From the IMG/VR virus record IMGVR_UViG_2061766007_000271: 64,000 nucleotides of DNA; one strand, given 5' to 3'. The position numbers and the translations under genes were made by a program. Positions 43,530 through 52,704 of this stretch are shown one piece after another. Below the pieces are notes generated by a model. It was not told the DNA's origin and searched no databases. It saw only the letters and a list, made by a program, of their open reading frames with translations. Each line of letters starts with the position of its first letter. The first letter of the stretch is position 1. This DNA comes from an uncultured virus (IMG/VR IMGVR_UViG_2061766007_000271) (Duplodnaviria; Heunggongvirae; Uroviricota; Caudoviricetes).

Positions 43530-45416
43530 TAACTTAAAATCTACCAAAATCTACAACTGCTATAAATTCTGGATTAGATTCTTTACTTAATATGGTCTAT
43601 CTCAGACGCAAATCAAGTTGCCACGGAACTTTTCCAGCACTTCCAACGTCTTTTCTTTTGAATTGACCTTTGGAATATATGCACTGGAACCTTTAGAGTC
43701 CTTCTTGAGAAGCAAATCACGAAGCACTGCTTGTGAAACTCTGTTTCTGATATTTCTGGAAGCATTCAAATCTGCATTTGCTTTATAGCCACAGTCCACA
43801 CACTCGAAATGCTCCTGGTCTTTTCTGTTTTCCTTATCTATGCAACCACATTTAGGACAAGTTTGAGAAGTATAGTATGATTGAACCAGACTTACTGCGA
43901 TTCCATATTTCCTTGCTATATGTTCAAATTCATTTTTCAAATCGCCAAGATGTAGAATCCTCAATCTTCTATTGTAATTCAAGTCATTCTCATCCTTCGC
44001 AAAAGTGGAACCGAATTGATTATCTAAATCCTCAAAGACTGCATGATGATAATGATGAGCCTTCAATCGCTTGCAAAGACTGGCAATTTCTTCTTTTATT
44101 TTCGATTGAAGTTCTCTATTGAGATGGTCTATCTTATGCTGTTTTCTCTTTCCGATTTCATAACTTGAGTTTCTTTTCTTTAACTCATCTATTTTCTTTA
44201 ATTCCTTAGATAGTGTTTCCACCAGTTCCCTGTCAAAATCAATCTCATAGCCATTTGAACAAGTCATCAGGTTGTGCTTTGAATTGACATCTATACCAAC
44301 GATTCTATCTTTCACTTCTGGGAAATATCTTTCGTCCTCATAGGATAAAATCATTCTAACTTGATTATTCTCTTCCAGGCAAATTATATATGACGTATCG
44401 GTTCCATTAGTATATCTCTTCAATTCACCGTGAAAGTCCTTCGAGTATTTCATCGGAATCGTCATCTTCTTCCTATCCTTGAGATACCACGAGATGTTTG
44501 CGAAGGAATTGAGAATAGATTTCCTATTCTCATTTAACGAAACAATGTCTTCTGTCAATCTGCTTCTTCCCCTGAAACTCAATGACTGGAACTCAATAGA
44601 TTTTTGAGAATATCTTTCAATGATTCTGTTTCTTTTACTCATCGCAAGAGCGAAAAGCCTAGTGAATCCAAACTTGTAAATCGTATCTAGTACATCCGCA
44701 TAGAATTTCTCTTTTTCTTGATTAGTTTCATTGACGAACTTTTCAAAAAGATAATCTACAATTCCAAAATATCCATATCTAGCGAGATAAGTAAGAGTAA
44801 TAGAAAGTGGAGTATCATCATGCTTGATTATGATGCTTTTGAAATCTCCTGAATGATACTCTCTTCCATTCTTGGCTTTACCACTTCTCTTGTAGTAGTT
44901 GAAATGGTATTCACTGATGTGCTGGAATTTTAGTCTTCTCTTGACATTGTTGAATTTGTTTTGATATGCTGTATAAACATCATCACACAATTGCTTGGTG
45001 AAATGACTGCTTATCTCATCTTTGATATGTGGAAGCATTGTCTTCTGGAAGTCAATTTTCGACATCTCCAAATATCGGAACAAATCCTGATTAACAATTC
45101 CAGAAATCTTGTTTTTTGCATCACGAATAGATATAGCAAGAGCATGGATTTCCTGATACTTCTTGTCAGTCAATCCATCACTGTAAAAACTCCTGCTGTA
45201 TCTGCTCTTGACTTTCATTTCAAAAAAGAACCTCCAGATGAAAGTGATGACGGCACTATTCAAGAGGAGGTCTAAAAATTCAGTATTATAATGTTCAATT
45301 CAATAAAAGCCGTCATCAATTATCGAATCTATATTATTATACTTCATATAAACAAAAAAATCACATCAATTGTAAATTTAGTTAGAAAATTGTAGATTTT
45401 GGTAGATTTTTAGTTA
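43530..45416 (-). mobile_element. non-autonomous TnpB-only element, IS607-like ends
   Basis: 27-bp inverted ends matching at 26 of 27 positions (43530-43556 and 45390-45416), each with tandem AAAATCTAC; interrupts a gene; no transposase seen. Confidence 0.8.
43602..45218 (-). CDS. tnpB: TnpB/Cas12f-like RuvC nuclease (about 538 aa)
   Basis: RuvC-I IVGIDVN, RuvC-II VFEDL, YTSQTCPKCG...CVDCG zinc finger and RuvC-III NADLNASRNI. Confidence 0.9.
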   Translation of the reverse strand: MKVKSRYSRSFYSDGLTDKKYQEIHALAISIRDAKNKISGIVNQDLFRYLEMSKIDFQKTMLPHIKDEISSHFTKQLCDDVYTAYQNKFNNVKRRLKFQHISEYHFNYYKRSGKAKNGREYHSGDFKSIIIKHDDTPLSITLTYLARYGYFGIVDYLFEKFVNETNQEKEKFYADVLDTIYKFGFTRLFALAMSKRNRIIERYSQKSIEFQSLSFRGRSRLTEDIVSLNENRKSILNSFANISWYLKDRKKMTIPMKYSKDFHGELKRYTNGTDTSYIICLEENNQVRMILSYEDERYFPEVKDRIVGIDVNSKHNLMTCSNGYEIDFDRELVETLSKELKKIDELKKRNSSYEIGKRKQHKIDHLNRELQSKIKEEIASLCKRLKAHHYHHAVFEDLDNQFGSTFAKDENDLNYNRRLRILHLGDLKNEFEHIARKYGIAVSLVQSYYTSQTCPKCGCIDKENRKDQEHFECVDCGYKANADLNASRNIRNRVSQAVLRDLLLKKDSKGSSAYIPKVNSKEKTLEVLEKFRGNLICV

Positions 45417-45584
45417 ATTGTCGTTGTCCCTTGTCTTGATGATTGCATATTTTGAAGCCTAGTCTTTCATAGATTTCATGATGATGACCAATAAGCTCCT
45501 GCATCTTCTGATAGACGAAAGGGAATTCATTGTTTTCATCCACATAGTTGAAACTCAGCACTTTCCAATTGATTTTCTTTTTCA

Positions 45585-46367
45585 TCACCATTTATCCCAA
45601 AAAGATTCAAGTCTGTCAATTCTAGTTGCCATGTCGCTCAGTCCTTTCTGCTTTAACGCATCGGAGACTTTTTTCAGCCGTGTCCTGACTTCTGGGCTTG
45701 GTATATCTTCGGGAGAATAAATGGTCGAATCATCATCCTGCTTTTCCTCGACAGTCTCTTGCGGTTTCTTGACATTCACCACGAATATCTCGATTTCATC
45801 CCCCACTTTCAGATATGATATTTTATCCGTCTTGCAACTGTTTGGGGAATTGCGATAGGTCGGTAGCTGAAACGATACTTTCTCGTTATCCACTGATACA
45901 ATATAGCATTCATCCTCGCAACACGTCCGTTCAAGCTGGGCGTTGCAATGAGGGCATCTTTCATCATCGGACTTCGTTTCCACCATTTTTACATTTTCCG
46001 TAAAGCATTTAGGGCAAATCGGTTTCTCCCTGTTGTATTTCAGCACGCACGGAGTGTCGGTTTTCAGCGTCTTCATGAATTCGACAAGTTTCTCCGTGGA
46101 CATGATTTTCCTCTCGGCTTTCTTGACTTGCCCATCTTGCTCGATTATATGCTTGGCTTGTTTTACTAATGTCTTGGCTATTTGCTTTTTTGCTTGCGCA
46201 GATAGTTTCTTTGTCTGTTCATCGGCTATAATTTCCCTTGAAAGTTTTACCATTTCCTCTGCCATCGACCATTGACCATTCATCATGTTTGATTCCCATT
46301 CTTTTAATTGCTCTTTTTCCTTTTTTGTATACATTGCTTTCGTCCTTTTCACCTTAATATCCGTCAT
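45585..46367 (-). CDS. zinc-ribbon hypothetical protein
   Basis: CPKC...CPHC; N-terminal IAKTLVKQAKHII helix. Confidence 0.7.
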   Translation of the reverse strand: MTDIKVKRTKAMYTKKEKEQLKEWESNMMNGQWSMAEEMVKLSREIIADEQTKKLSAQAKKQIAKTLVKQAKHIIEQDGQVKKAERKIMSTEKLVEFMKTLKTDTPCVLKYNREKPICPKCFTENVKMVETKSDDERCPHCNAQLERTCCEDECYIVSVDNEKVSFQLPTYRNSPNSCKTDKISYLKVGDEIEIFVVNVKKPQETVEEKQDDDSTIYSPEDIPSPEVRTRLKKVSDALKQKGLSDMATRIDRLESFWDKW

Positions 46368-46500
46368 GTTTCAAAAATGTCAAGATGATGATGCAAAATT
46401 TTCCATCACGCATACATTCAATATGCCATGCACCGCAGGAAAAGCATACAAAAAAAGAGCGGTTGAGAAAAATCTCTCAACCGCTCCGTGTCCGTGTCAC

Positions 46501-46938
46501 TTACCAGACGCAGAATTCAACTCTGATTTGGAAGTCATTGTCGTTGTCAGGACGGAGACAATCCATGCTCAACTTGTGTTCGACAAGTTTGAACCTGCCT
46601 TTCAAGCCCTGTTTCCTGCGGTATTTCCGCCATGCTTCCTTAAAGGAATCCGCCATTATCAAATCCCGATTGTCGTTGAGGTAGTCGCGAATGAGGTACG
46701 ACTTCGTGCGGACGGAGTATTGCCTGCAAGCAGGTGCGCCAATCGTCTCGTTGCGAGTGCCGAAAAAGCCAAGTTCGTCTTTTGGATGAATCAACGTATC
46801 ACCCACCATTCTGTAATCGCCTTTCAAGCCATGTTCCTTGACGAAGCCATCGAATGCTTCCTGTAATGTCTTCGCCTTGATTTCAAAAAGGTCTTTGCGT
46901 TTGTCGTTGTCAGCGATGATGTAGGTCTTTTTTCTCAT
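46501..46938 (-). CDS. hypothetical protein with two internal repeats
   Basis: AKTLQEAF...HGLKGDY / ADSFKEAW...QGLKGRF. Confidence 0.7.
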   Translation of the reverse strand: MRKKTYIIADNDKRKDLFEIKAKTLQEAFDGFVKEHGLKGDYRMVGDTLIHPKDELGFFGTRNETIGAPACRQYSVRTKSYLIRDYLNDNRDLIMADSFKEAWRKYRRKQGLKGRFKLVEHKLSMDCLRPDNDNDFQIRVEFCVW

Positions 46939-47136
46939 AATCCTGCTCCTTTGGTTGGTGGCTCAAACGTGTCTTTCAACACCCATAATATACATCAAAA
47001 GCAGGGGAATGCAACAAGAATCAAAACAAAATTTTGCTTCTGCCTGAACTTCTCGTAACTATATTCAATGTATATAAAGTTTGCTTGACTTTTTCATTTC
47101 ATAGACCATATTATATTCAAAAACGGAGAACCATGT

Positions 47137-47523
47137 ATGGATAAGAATGACGATTACAAGACAAACAACAAGGAATTTTTCAGGGATGTGAAAATATGCC
47201 AGCAATGCAAATGGTTTTCATTCACCGAGGGTTCTGAAAAGAGATTCAAATGGTACAATCCAACAAGCCTGTACCATGTCTGCATACAGGATTCAAGAGA
47301 CCATTGCCCCATGCTGATGTGGTTTGATTCAAGTAAAATATCCAATCTGAAAGAACAATGCAGGGATTACGAACTCATGCCATTCGAGATAAGGGAACTC
47401 CCCAAGAAATGCCCCTACAAGACAGAGCATATGGTGTACGATTGCAATATCAGCCGAGGAAAGAAAATCCTCATGAACATCGCCCTAGTGGTCAAAATGA
47501 TACTCACTTGCTGGATTATATGA
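47137..47523 (+). CDS. Cys-rich protein, triplet family member 1
   Basis: ICQQC...RELPKKCPYKTEHMVYD. Confidence 0.75.
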   Translation: MDKNDDYKTNNKEFFRDVKICQQCKWFSFTEGSEKRFKWYNPTSLYHVCIQDSRDHCPMLMWFDSSKISNLKEQCRDYELMPFEIRELPKKCPYKTEHMVYDCNISRGKKILMNIALVVKMILTCWII

Positions 47524-47525
47524 TT

Positions 47526-47831
47526 ATGGAACAAAAATGTCGCAGGGACGAGACGATATGCCAAGAATGCAACCGCTGGCATATACGAAAAGACGGAAAT
47601 GGCGGTGAATGCCTGTTTGAATTTTACAAGACGGTGAAAAAGGCAGTTGCGGAAGTAATAAATGAACACCCAAAAATGAAGAATGAAGATAAACTGACCA
47701 AGCTGACGGAGGAAAAGCTGAAAACGATACCGCCTGCTAACCAGCGTGAAGTGCCTGATGACTGTCCTTACAAGACGGAGCATCTTGTATATGAATGTTG
47801 CGAAAACGAAATACCATCGCGGAGCAACTGA
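47526..47831 (+). CDS. Cys-rich protein, triplet family member 2
   Basis: ICQEC...REVPDDCPYKTEHLVYE. Confidence 0.75.
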   Translation: MEQKCRRDETICQECNRWHIRKDGNGGECLFEFYKTVKKAVAEVINEHPKMKNEDKLTKLTEEKLKTIPPANQREVPDDCPYKTEHLVYECCENEIPSRSN

Positions 47832-47859
47832 TTTACAATTACAATTACGAGGAAGACAA

Positions 47860-48267
47860 ATGAACCATTACAGGAATGTCAATTTATGCCGAAAATGCTG
47901 TCTTGACAAAATGGACATTGAGACAAAAGAGCAGGACACGACCAAGAAGACTGTAGAATTGGCGAAGAAGTTGGTGAAGTGCGACAAAATCCTGAACAAC
48001 CCGAAATTCATGTGCAAAGAGGAAATATCGGACATAGCGCAGGAATTCATCGAACAGGGCATTGACATAGAGACCATATTAGCCATGATTGAAGAAGCGA
48101 AGAGCGAGATAAAGTACATCGAGCCGATAGGCATGAGGAAAGTGCCGAAGACCTGTCCGTACTATGCGGAGCATTGGATGTACGACACCAATCTGAAATG
48201 GTACGAAAGGGCGTGGTTGAACGCCAAGAACAAGGCCGTCAGGCTGAAAATGAAACTAATGGATTGA
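47860..48267 (+). CDS. Cys-rich protein, triplet family member 3
   Basis: LCRKC...RKVPKTCPYYAEHWMYD. Confidence 0.75.
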   Translation: MNHYRNVNLCRKCCLDKMDIETKEQDTTKKTVELAKKLVKCDKILNNPKFMCKEEISDIAQEFIEQGIDIETILAMIEEAKSEIKYIEPIGMRKVPKTCPYYAEHWMYDTNLKWYERAWLNAKNKAVRLKMKLMD

Positions 48268-48342
48268 ATCCCGTCGGCTTGGGACGATAAAAAAAGGCAT
48301 CATGCGGAACTGTTCCGCATGATGCCTTTTGCGTTTCAGCGA

Positions 48343-48597
48343 TTAGTCAAGCACCGCTTCGACTTCCGCCTGTGCCTGTGGGTTGCGGTACACGCCATCG
48401 GAGACGTTTCTCTTGCCGTCAGCAAGGGCGCAGTAGATGGTGGTGTAGCGTTCCTGTTCGCAACCCTCGCAACACCGCATCCCTTCAAGGAAGAAATTCA
48501 TCGCCTTTTTGCGGGAAGTGTAGTGTTTCCACTGTCCGTAGCAGTAAACGTTCACGCCTTTGGTGGAGTTGAAGTCGATGGTAGCAGTCTTTTTCAT
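48343..48597 (-). CDS. hypothetical protein
   Basis: Own module. Confidence 0.7.
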   Translation of the reverse strand: MKKTATIDFNSTKGVNVYCYGQWKHYTSRKKAMNFFLEGMRCCEGCEQERYTTIYCALADGKRNVSDGVYRNPQAQAEVEAVLD

Positions 48598-49128
48598 GGT
48601 GTAGGCTCCTGTGATTGGTGGTTGGATTCGATGCTGACCTCATCTTCGGTCAACACTAATAATATACATCCAAAATCCACGAATGCAATAGAAAAATCAA
48701 AAAATTTTCATCCAGCATTAGCATACATATTGAATATTCATTGCATCAGGATGAAAAGACAAAAAAATGAGGTGGTTCTTTTCAGAACCACCTCTGCGTG
48801 TATTTCTAGAAGGCTATCATTCTAATCTTCTTTCCAATCATCATCATGCCATTGATGTTCTTTAAGCCATAGATTGTGTTCCAACGAACTCATTCTGACA
48901 ACTTGCGTTTCAGTTCTTGTATCGGTAACAGTGCCATCGGGATTGACGAAAATGCCGATTCTCGCCAGCCGTTCGGGATGTTTGAGATTGTATTCCCGAT
49001 AGTAGCCTTTGCGATGGCGGTCTTTCTGCTTTTCGCCTTTCGCCTTTTGTTTCAGCCACCGCTCATGCCAATAGCCTTTTCGATGGCGGTCGGTGGATTT
49101 CCTTGATTCTTCCATGATTGTTCTTTCC

Positions 49129-49593
49129 TTATGCAAACACGACTTTTTTCTTATTCTTGACTTTGGAGCAATCCAAGTTTTCCTTGTATTCGTTGCCGTC
49201 ATCCTGCGTCTTCAACCAATCGAACATGGTGTCAGCGGTTTCCTGCTTGAAAAACCAGCCGATTTCAAATTCGCAACAATCACTAATTTTGACCGCAATC
49301 CTGTACGGATGGTCTTCTTTCCACAATGAATCGAAATCCCTGTTCGACAATTCGTGGTCGGTATGGAATTCGTGTTCAACGACAGGAGCGGTGGCATGGA
49401 TGATTTTTGCACCGAATGTGTTTTCGGATTCATAGATGCGGAAGTCACCGCAACAAAAGCGACCTTGAAGTTTCTGCTTCCAATAGTCCATGACTTTGAT
49501 TGCGTCTTCCAACTTGGTGAAGCAACTGAAAGTATAGGTGTCGGGGAAAACGGAAGAGCCTGTGTTTCTGACAACGAAAAGATAATATTTCAT
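49129..49593 (-). CDS. hypothetical protein
   Basis: AAGGAG RBS before MKYYLF; own promoter. Confidence 0.7.
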   Translation of the reverse strand: MKYYLFVVRNTGSSVFPDTYTFSCFTKLEDAIKVMDYWKQKLQGRFCCGDFRIYESENTFGAKIIHATAPVVEHEFHTDHELSNRDFDSLWKEDHPYRIAVKISDCCEFEIGWFFKQETADTMFDWLKTQDDGNEYKENLDCSKVKNKKKVVFA

Positions 49594-49754
49594 GATTTTG
49601 CTCCTTTGATTATTCTTTGATTGCATTATTCGTTGTAATCATAATATACATCCAAAAAACACGAATGCAAGTCGGCAACACATACAATTTGCCATCATGG
49701 TTCGATGAAAATAGTATTGAATATTTAAATATTGAATGGGCAATCTTCATTCAT

Positions 49755-49983
49755 ATTTCAACTCACGCACTTATGTAAAAGTGTGTTTTAATCAATTTGC
49801 AAAAAGTTCACCGTGATTGTCATTTTAACTCGCGTTTCAATAACTGAAACGTAATTTGCTCGTAATCCTACTTTCATGCCTAGCCAGATTTCAACTCACG
49901 CGCCCCCGCAGGGGCGCGACTTTATTGTATATGTGTATATTAAATAATGTAACCAGTTTCAACTCACGCGCCCCGCAGGGGCG
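49755..49983 (-). CRISPR. type I-C-like CRISPR mini-array: 4 visible repeats, 3 spacers, cut by an N gap
   Basis: Repeats at 49755-49787, 49822-49854, 49888-49920 (ATTTCAACTCACGCGCCCCCGCAGGGGCGCGAC) and 49956-49983+; spacers of 34, 33 and 35 nt; adjacent to cas3. Confidence 0.85.
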
Positions 49984-50141
49984 NNNNNNNNNNAAAAACA
50001 GCCACATTTTTGAAGAAATCTTCATAAGTCGCGTATTGACAATATCCGCGAATCTTATGCCTAATGGTATGCCAACTGTCGGTTCGCGGATTTCATCAAC
50101 GCCTACAATATACACCCATTTTAACGGAATGCAACTAGACT

Positions 50142-52589
50142 TTACACAATCATGCAGGAATTTACATTATCAAGACTGATTCCGCTTCCTTTGACATAAA
50201 GCACATCGCCAGCGAAATTCCGTTCTTGAAGCACGTATAAGCCTAGCTTGCTTCCATTGCTCTCCAATTCCTCAACCATTCCGCTGTTGTAGAGCATTTC
50301 AGCCGTATTGCGGTTTACCTCCACAACGTACTGTTGCAACTTGCGCTGGATTTTCTTGTTAAATTTGTATCTAGCATCTCTAAGCAATTGGTCTATCTCA
50401 TGGTCTTTATTATTTTCATGGTACATGACCACGATTGGAAATCCGCGTTGCGCTTCAATCATGTGGAATGATTCGCCGTATGTCTTGTAATTGAAAAAAT
50501 GGAATGGTATGCGGGCTTTTTCGAGTCCATTGCCTGTCTTGTCGTACAAGGCATTTTTGTAGCCTTTGAAATTATCTTCCACTTTCTGCCCATAATGGAA
50601 GATTTCTTTCTTGGAGTACAAAATGTTCAAATCATGCTCACCAATGTTCGCTGGTAGCTGACCTGTCTTGACATCCAGCATGTCTTCCATGATTCTCTTC
50701 TTTTCAAAAGCGTATTCGTAGTTTTCAATCGGGTAGTCCGACATTTCAAAGACATAGACAAATCCAACATTCTTCTTTCCGTTTCGGTTGCACCGTCCGC
50801 CTGTCTGCTTGATAGAGTACCATGAATTCATTTCACGCAACGCGACATCGAAATCAAAGTCCACGCCAGCTTCGACAAGGCTGGTGGAAACAACCGTTAT
50901 CTTGTCCCCTTTTTTCAGACGGTCAGCGATTATCTTTATCATCCGTTTCCTGTCTTTCGGACACAAATCCTTTGACAGCATATACTTGTCATCAGAAGAC
51001 TTCGCCACCATGTCATAAAGCACCCTGCATTTCTTCCGTGTATTCGTCACACAAAGAAACGATTGTGTTTCATCCGAAATCATCCGAGCGATTTCAGCCG
51101 ATTTCTTCCTGCCGATGAACATGAATTCGTTTCTTTTGAAATCATCGAACAATTCATTGACATCATCGACCAGCATGACCGAGCCATTGTAGCCGTCAAC
51201 TGTCTTTCCTTGACCGATGTTGATTTTTCCGTCGAATGCAGGGAGCGTAGCCGTGGAGCGCACAATCGTGCAACCGAAATCCTTTACAAGCGCATTGAGC
51301 GCATTGGTGATGGGATAAATCTGCTCTATCGGCAACTGCTGTTCTTCGTCAATGATAATGACGCTGTTGGCAATGCTATGGATTTTGCGAGTGTTTTTCG
51401 CTTTCCATTGCAACAACGATTCAAAGAACTGAACTGTTGTGGTTACGATGATGGGGAGATTCCAGTTCTCGACAATCAACGCCATGCGTTCTTCAAGTTC
51501 ATTCAGATTACTGCGAAATCCCTCTTTTCCGTCTTTTTCAAGCACGTCGAAATCGCATTGGTGTTCGATTACGTTTTCATCCGTGAAAATTTCAGTATAA
51601 GTCGTTGCGGTCTGGTCAACAACCGTAGTCAACGGAGCAAGGACAATCACCCTGTCCATCTTGTGAAAATCAGCGTGTTTCAAAGCAAAGTACATGCCTG
51701 TAATCGTCTTTCCCGCGCCTGTGGGAAGGACAAGATTGTAGATTCCCTTTTTGTCCGTAGCATGACCAGCGACCATGTTTCTCACATTCGTCCTTTTGAC
51801 ATTGACAGGTGACTTCGCATCGGGTCTTGAATCAATCTTGTCATGGATGTATTGCTCCATCATGCCTAAAAGCTCATGAATGCTTTTGAATCCACCTCTT
51901 TCCTCCTGCTTTTTAAGTCCATCCGTACCATAGAGTTCAGCGTCAAGACGGTCTGTGTCCACAAGACAGGAGTAAATCATCCTGATGAAGAATTCGCCTG
52001 TGCCTTTTATGCTTGCATTATTCAACTTCGCACATTCTTTCTTCAATCCATCAATGACATCCGTTTCAAACACCTTGTCGAACATGCTGTCATCAATCGT
52101 GGTCAGGTCAAAACGTGTACGAATTAGAATGTCCTGCTTTGTATCAGCAAAGGATGCCTTTCCATTGTCAATGAAAACCTTGTCTATTTCATGAATTATG
52201 TCAGTTCCATTGTTGACGTTCACGACATCATGCAAGCCATTGTGATGCGAAACGATGCACTGCGCCATGAGTTCAGAGATTATCATCGCCAATCCTCTTT
52301 CGGATGGCATGGATTTTCCAAGTCTCCACGCAAGGTACACCGCACTTTCAAGGGCATGAGACATGACCGCTGGTTTCGTACCTGTCATTCCGTTCATGTT
52401 GTATGCGATTTTTGCATTGATGTACGTCTGCCATCTATCGGAATCCTTGTATGCATCATGGCACATCCCGACAATCTTTCCGAAATTCGGCATGCCGAAT
52501 TTGGCGCACATGGATTCGCATTCCCTCGACACATTTTCCAAATGCTGTTGCACGGTTTCATTAGGTCTTGCAATCTTCGTCATATTCAA
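50142..52589 (-). CDS. cas3: CRISPR-associated HD nuclease/SF2 helicase Cas3 (I-C-like)
   Basis: HLENV, HDAYK, SHH and SCLVDTDRLD (HD domain); LPTGAGKT, IIIDEEQ, STAT, STSLVEAGVDFDF and QTGGRCNRNG (helicase). Confidence 0.92.
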   Translation of the reverse strand: MNMTKIARPNETVQQHLENVSRECESMCAKFGMPNFGKIVGMCHDAYKDSDRWQTYINAKIAYNMNGMTGTKPAVMSHALESAVYLAWRLGKSMPSERGLAMIISELMAQCIVSHHNGLHDVVNVNNGTDIIHEIDKVFIDNGKASFADTKQDILIRTRFDLTTIDDSMFDKVFETDVIDGLKKECAKLNNASIKGTGEFFIRMIYSCLVDTDRLDAELYGTDGLKKQEERGGFKSIHELLGMMEQYIHDKIDSRPDAKSPVNVKRTNVRNMVAGHATDKKGIYNLVLPTGAGKTITGMYFALKHADFHKMDRVIVLAPLTTVVDQTATTYTEIFTDENVIEHQCDFDVLEKDGKEGFRSNLNELEERMALIVENWNLPIIVTTTVQFFESLLQWKAKNTRKIHSIANSVIIIDEEQQLPIEQIYPITNALNALVKDFGCTIVRSTATLPAFDGKINIGQGKTVDGYNGSVMLVDDVNELFDDFKRNEFMFIGRKKSAEIARMISDETQSFLCVTNTRKKCRVLYDMVAKSSDDKYMLSKDLCPKDRKRMIKIIADRLKKGDKITVVSTSLVEAGVDFDFDVALREMNSWYSIKQTGGRCNRNGKKNVGFVYVFEMSDYPIENYEYAFEKKRIMEDMLDVKTGQLPANIGEHDLNILYSKKEIFHYGQKVEDNFKGYKNALYDKTGNGLEKARIPFHFFNYKTYGESFHMIEAQRGFPIVVMYHENNKDHEIDQLLRDARYKFNKKIQRKLQQYVVEVNRNTAEMLYNSGMVEELESNGSKLGLYVLQERNFAGDVLYVKGSGISLDNVNSCMIV

Positions 52590-52704
52590 AACTCCTTTGC
52601 TGAAATGTAATTGTCTTTCCCATAATATACACCAAAAATGCGGTTGTGCAAATCACACAACCGCATTTTTTACGCACACATCAGGCAATACGAATATTCA
52701 ATCC

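Larger units (their letters stand above)
43100..45591 (-). pseudogene. REYxxP-family gene split by the TnpB element
   Basis: 5' half 45417-45591 (HEIYERLGF); 3' half 43100-43529 (REYAIPECIGVM...KNVFGFERTA). Confidence 0.7.

Noticed and set aside
43530..45416. Possible IStron (group I intron) or type V CRISPR effector
   Set aside because: The non-coding flanks (about 200 and 70 nt) show no recognisable group I core. No array is adjacent, and the array 4 kb away has I-C-like repeats beside cas3.
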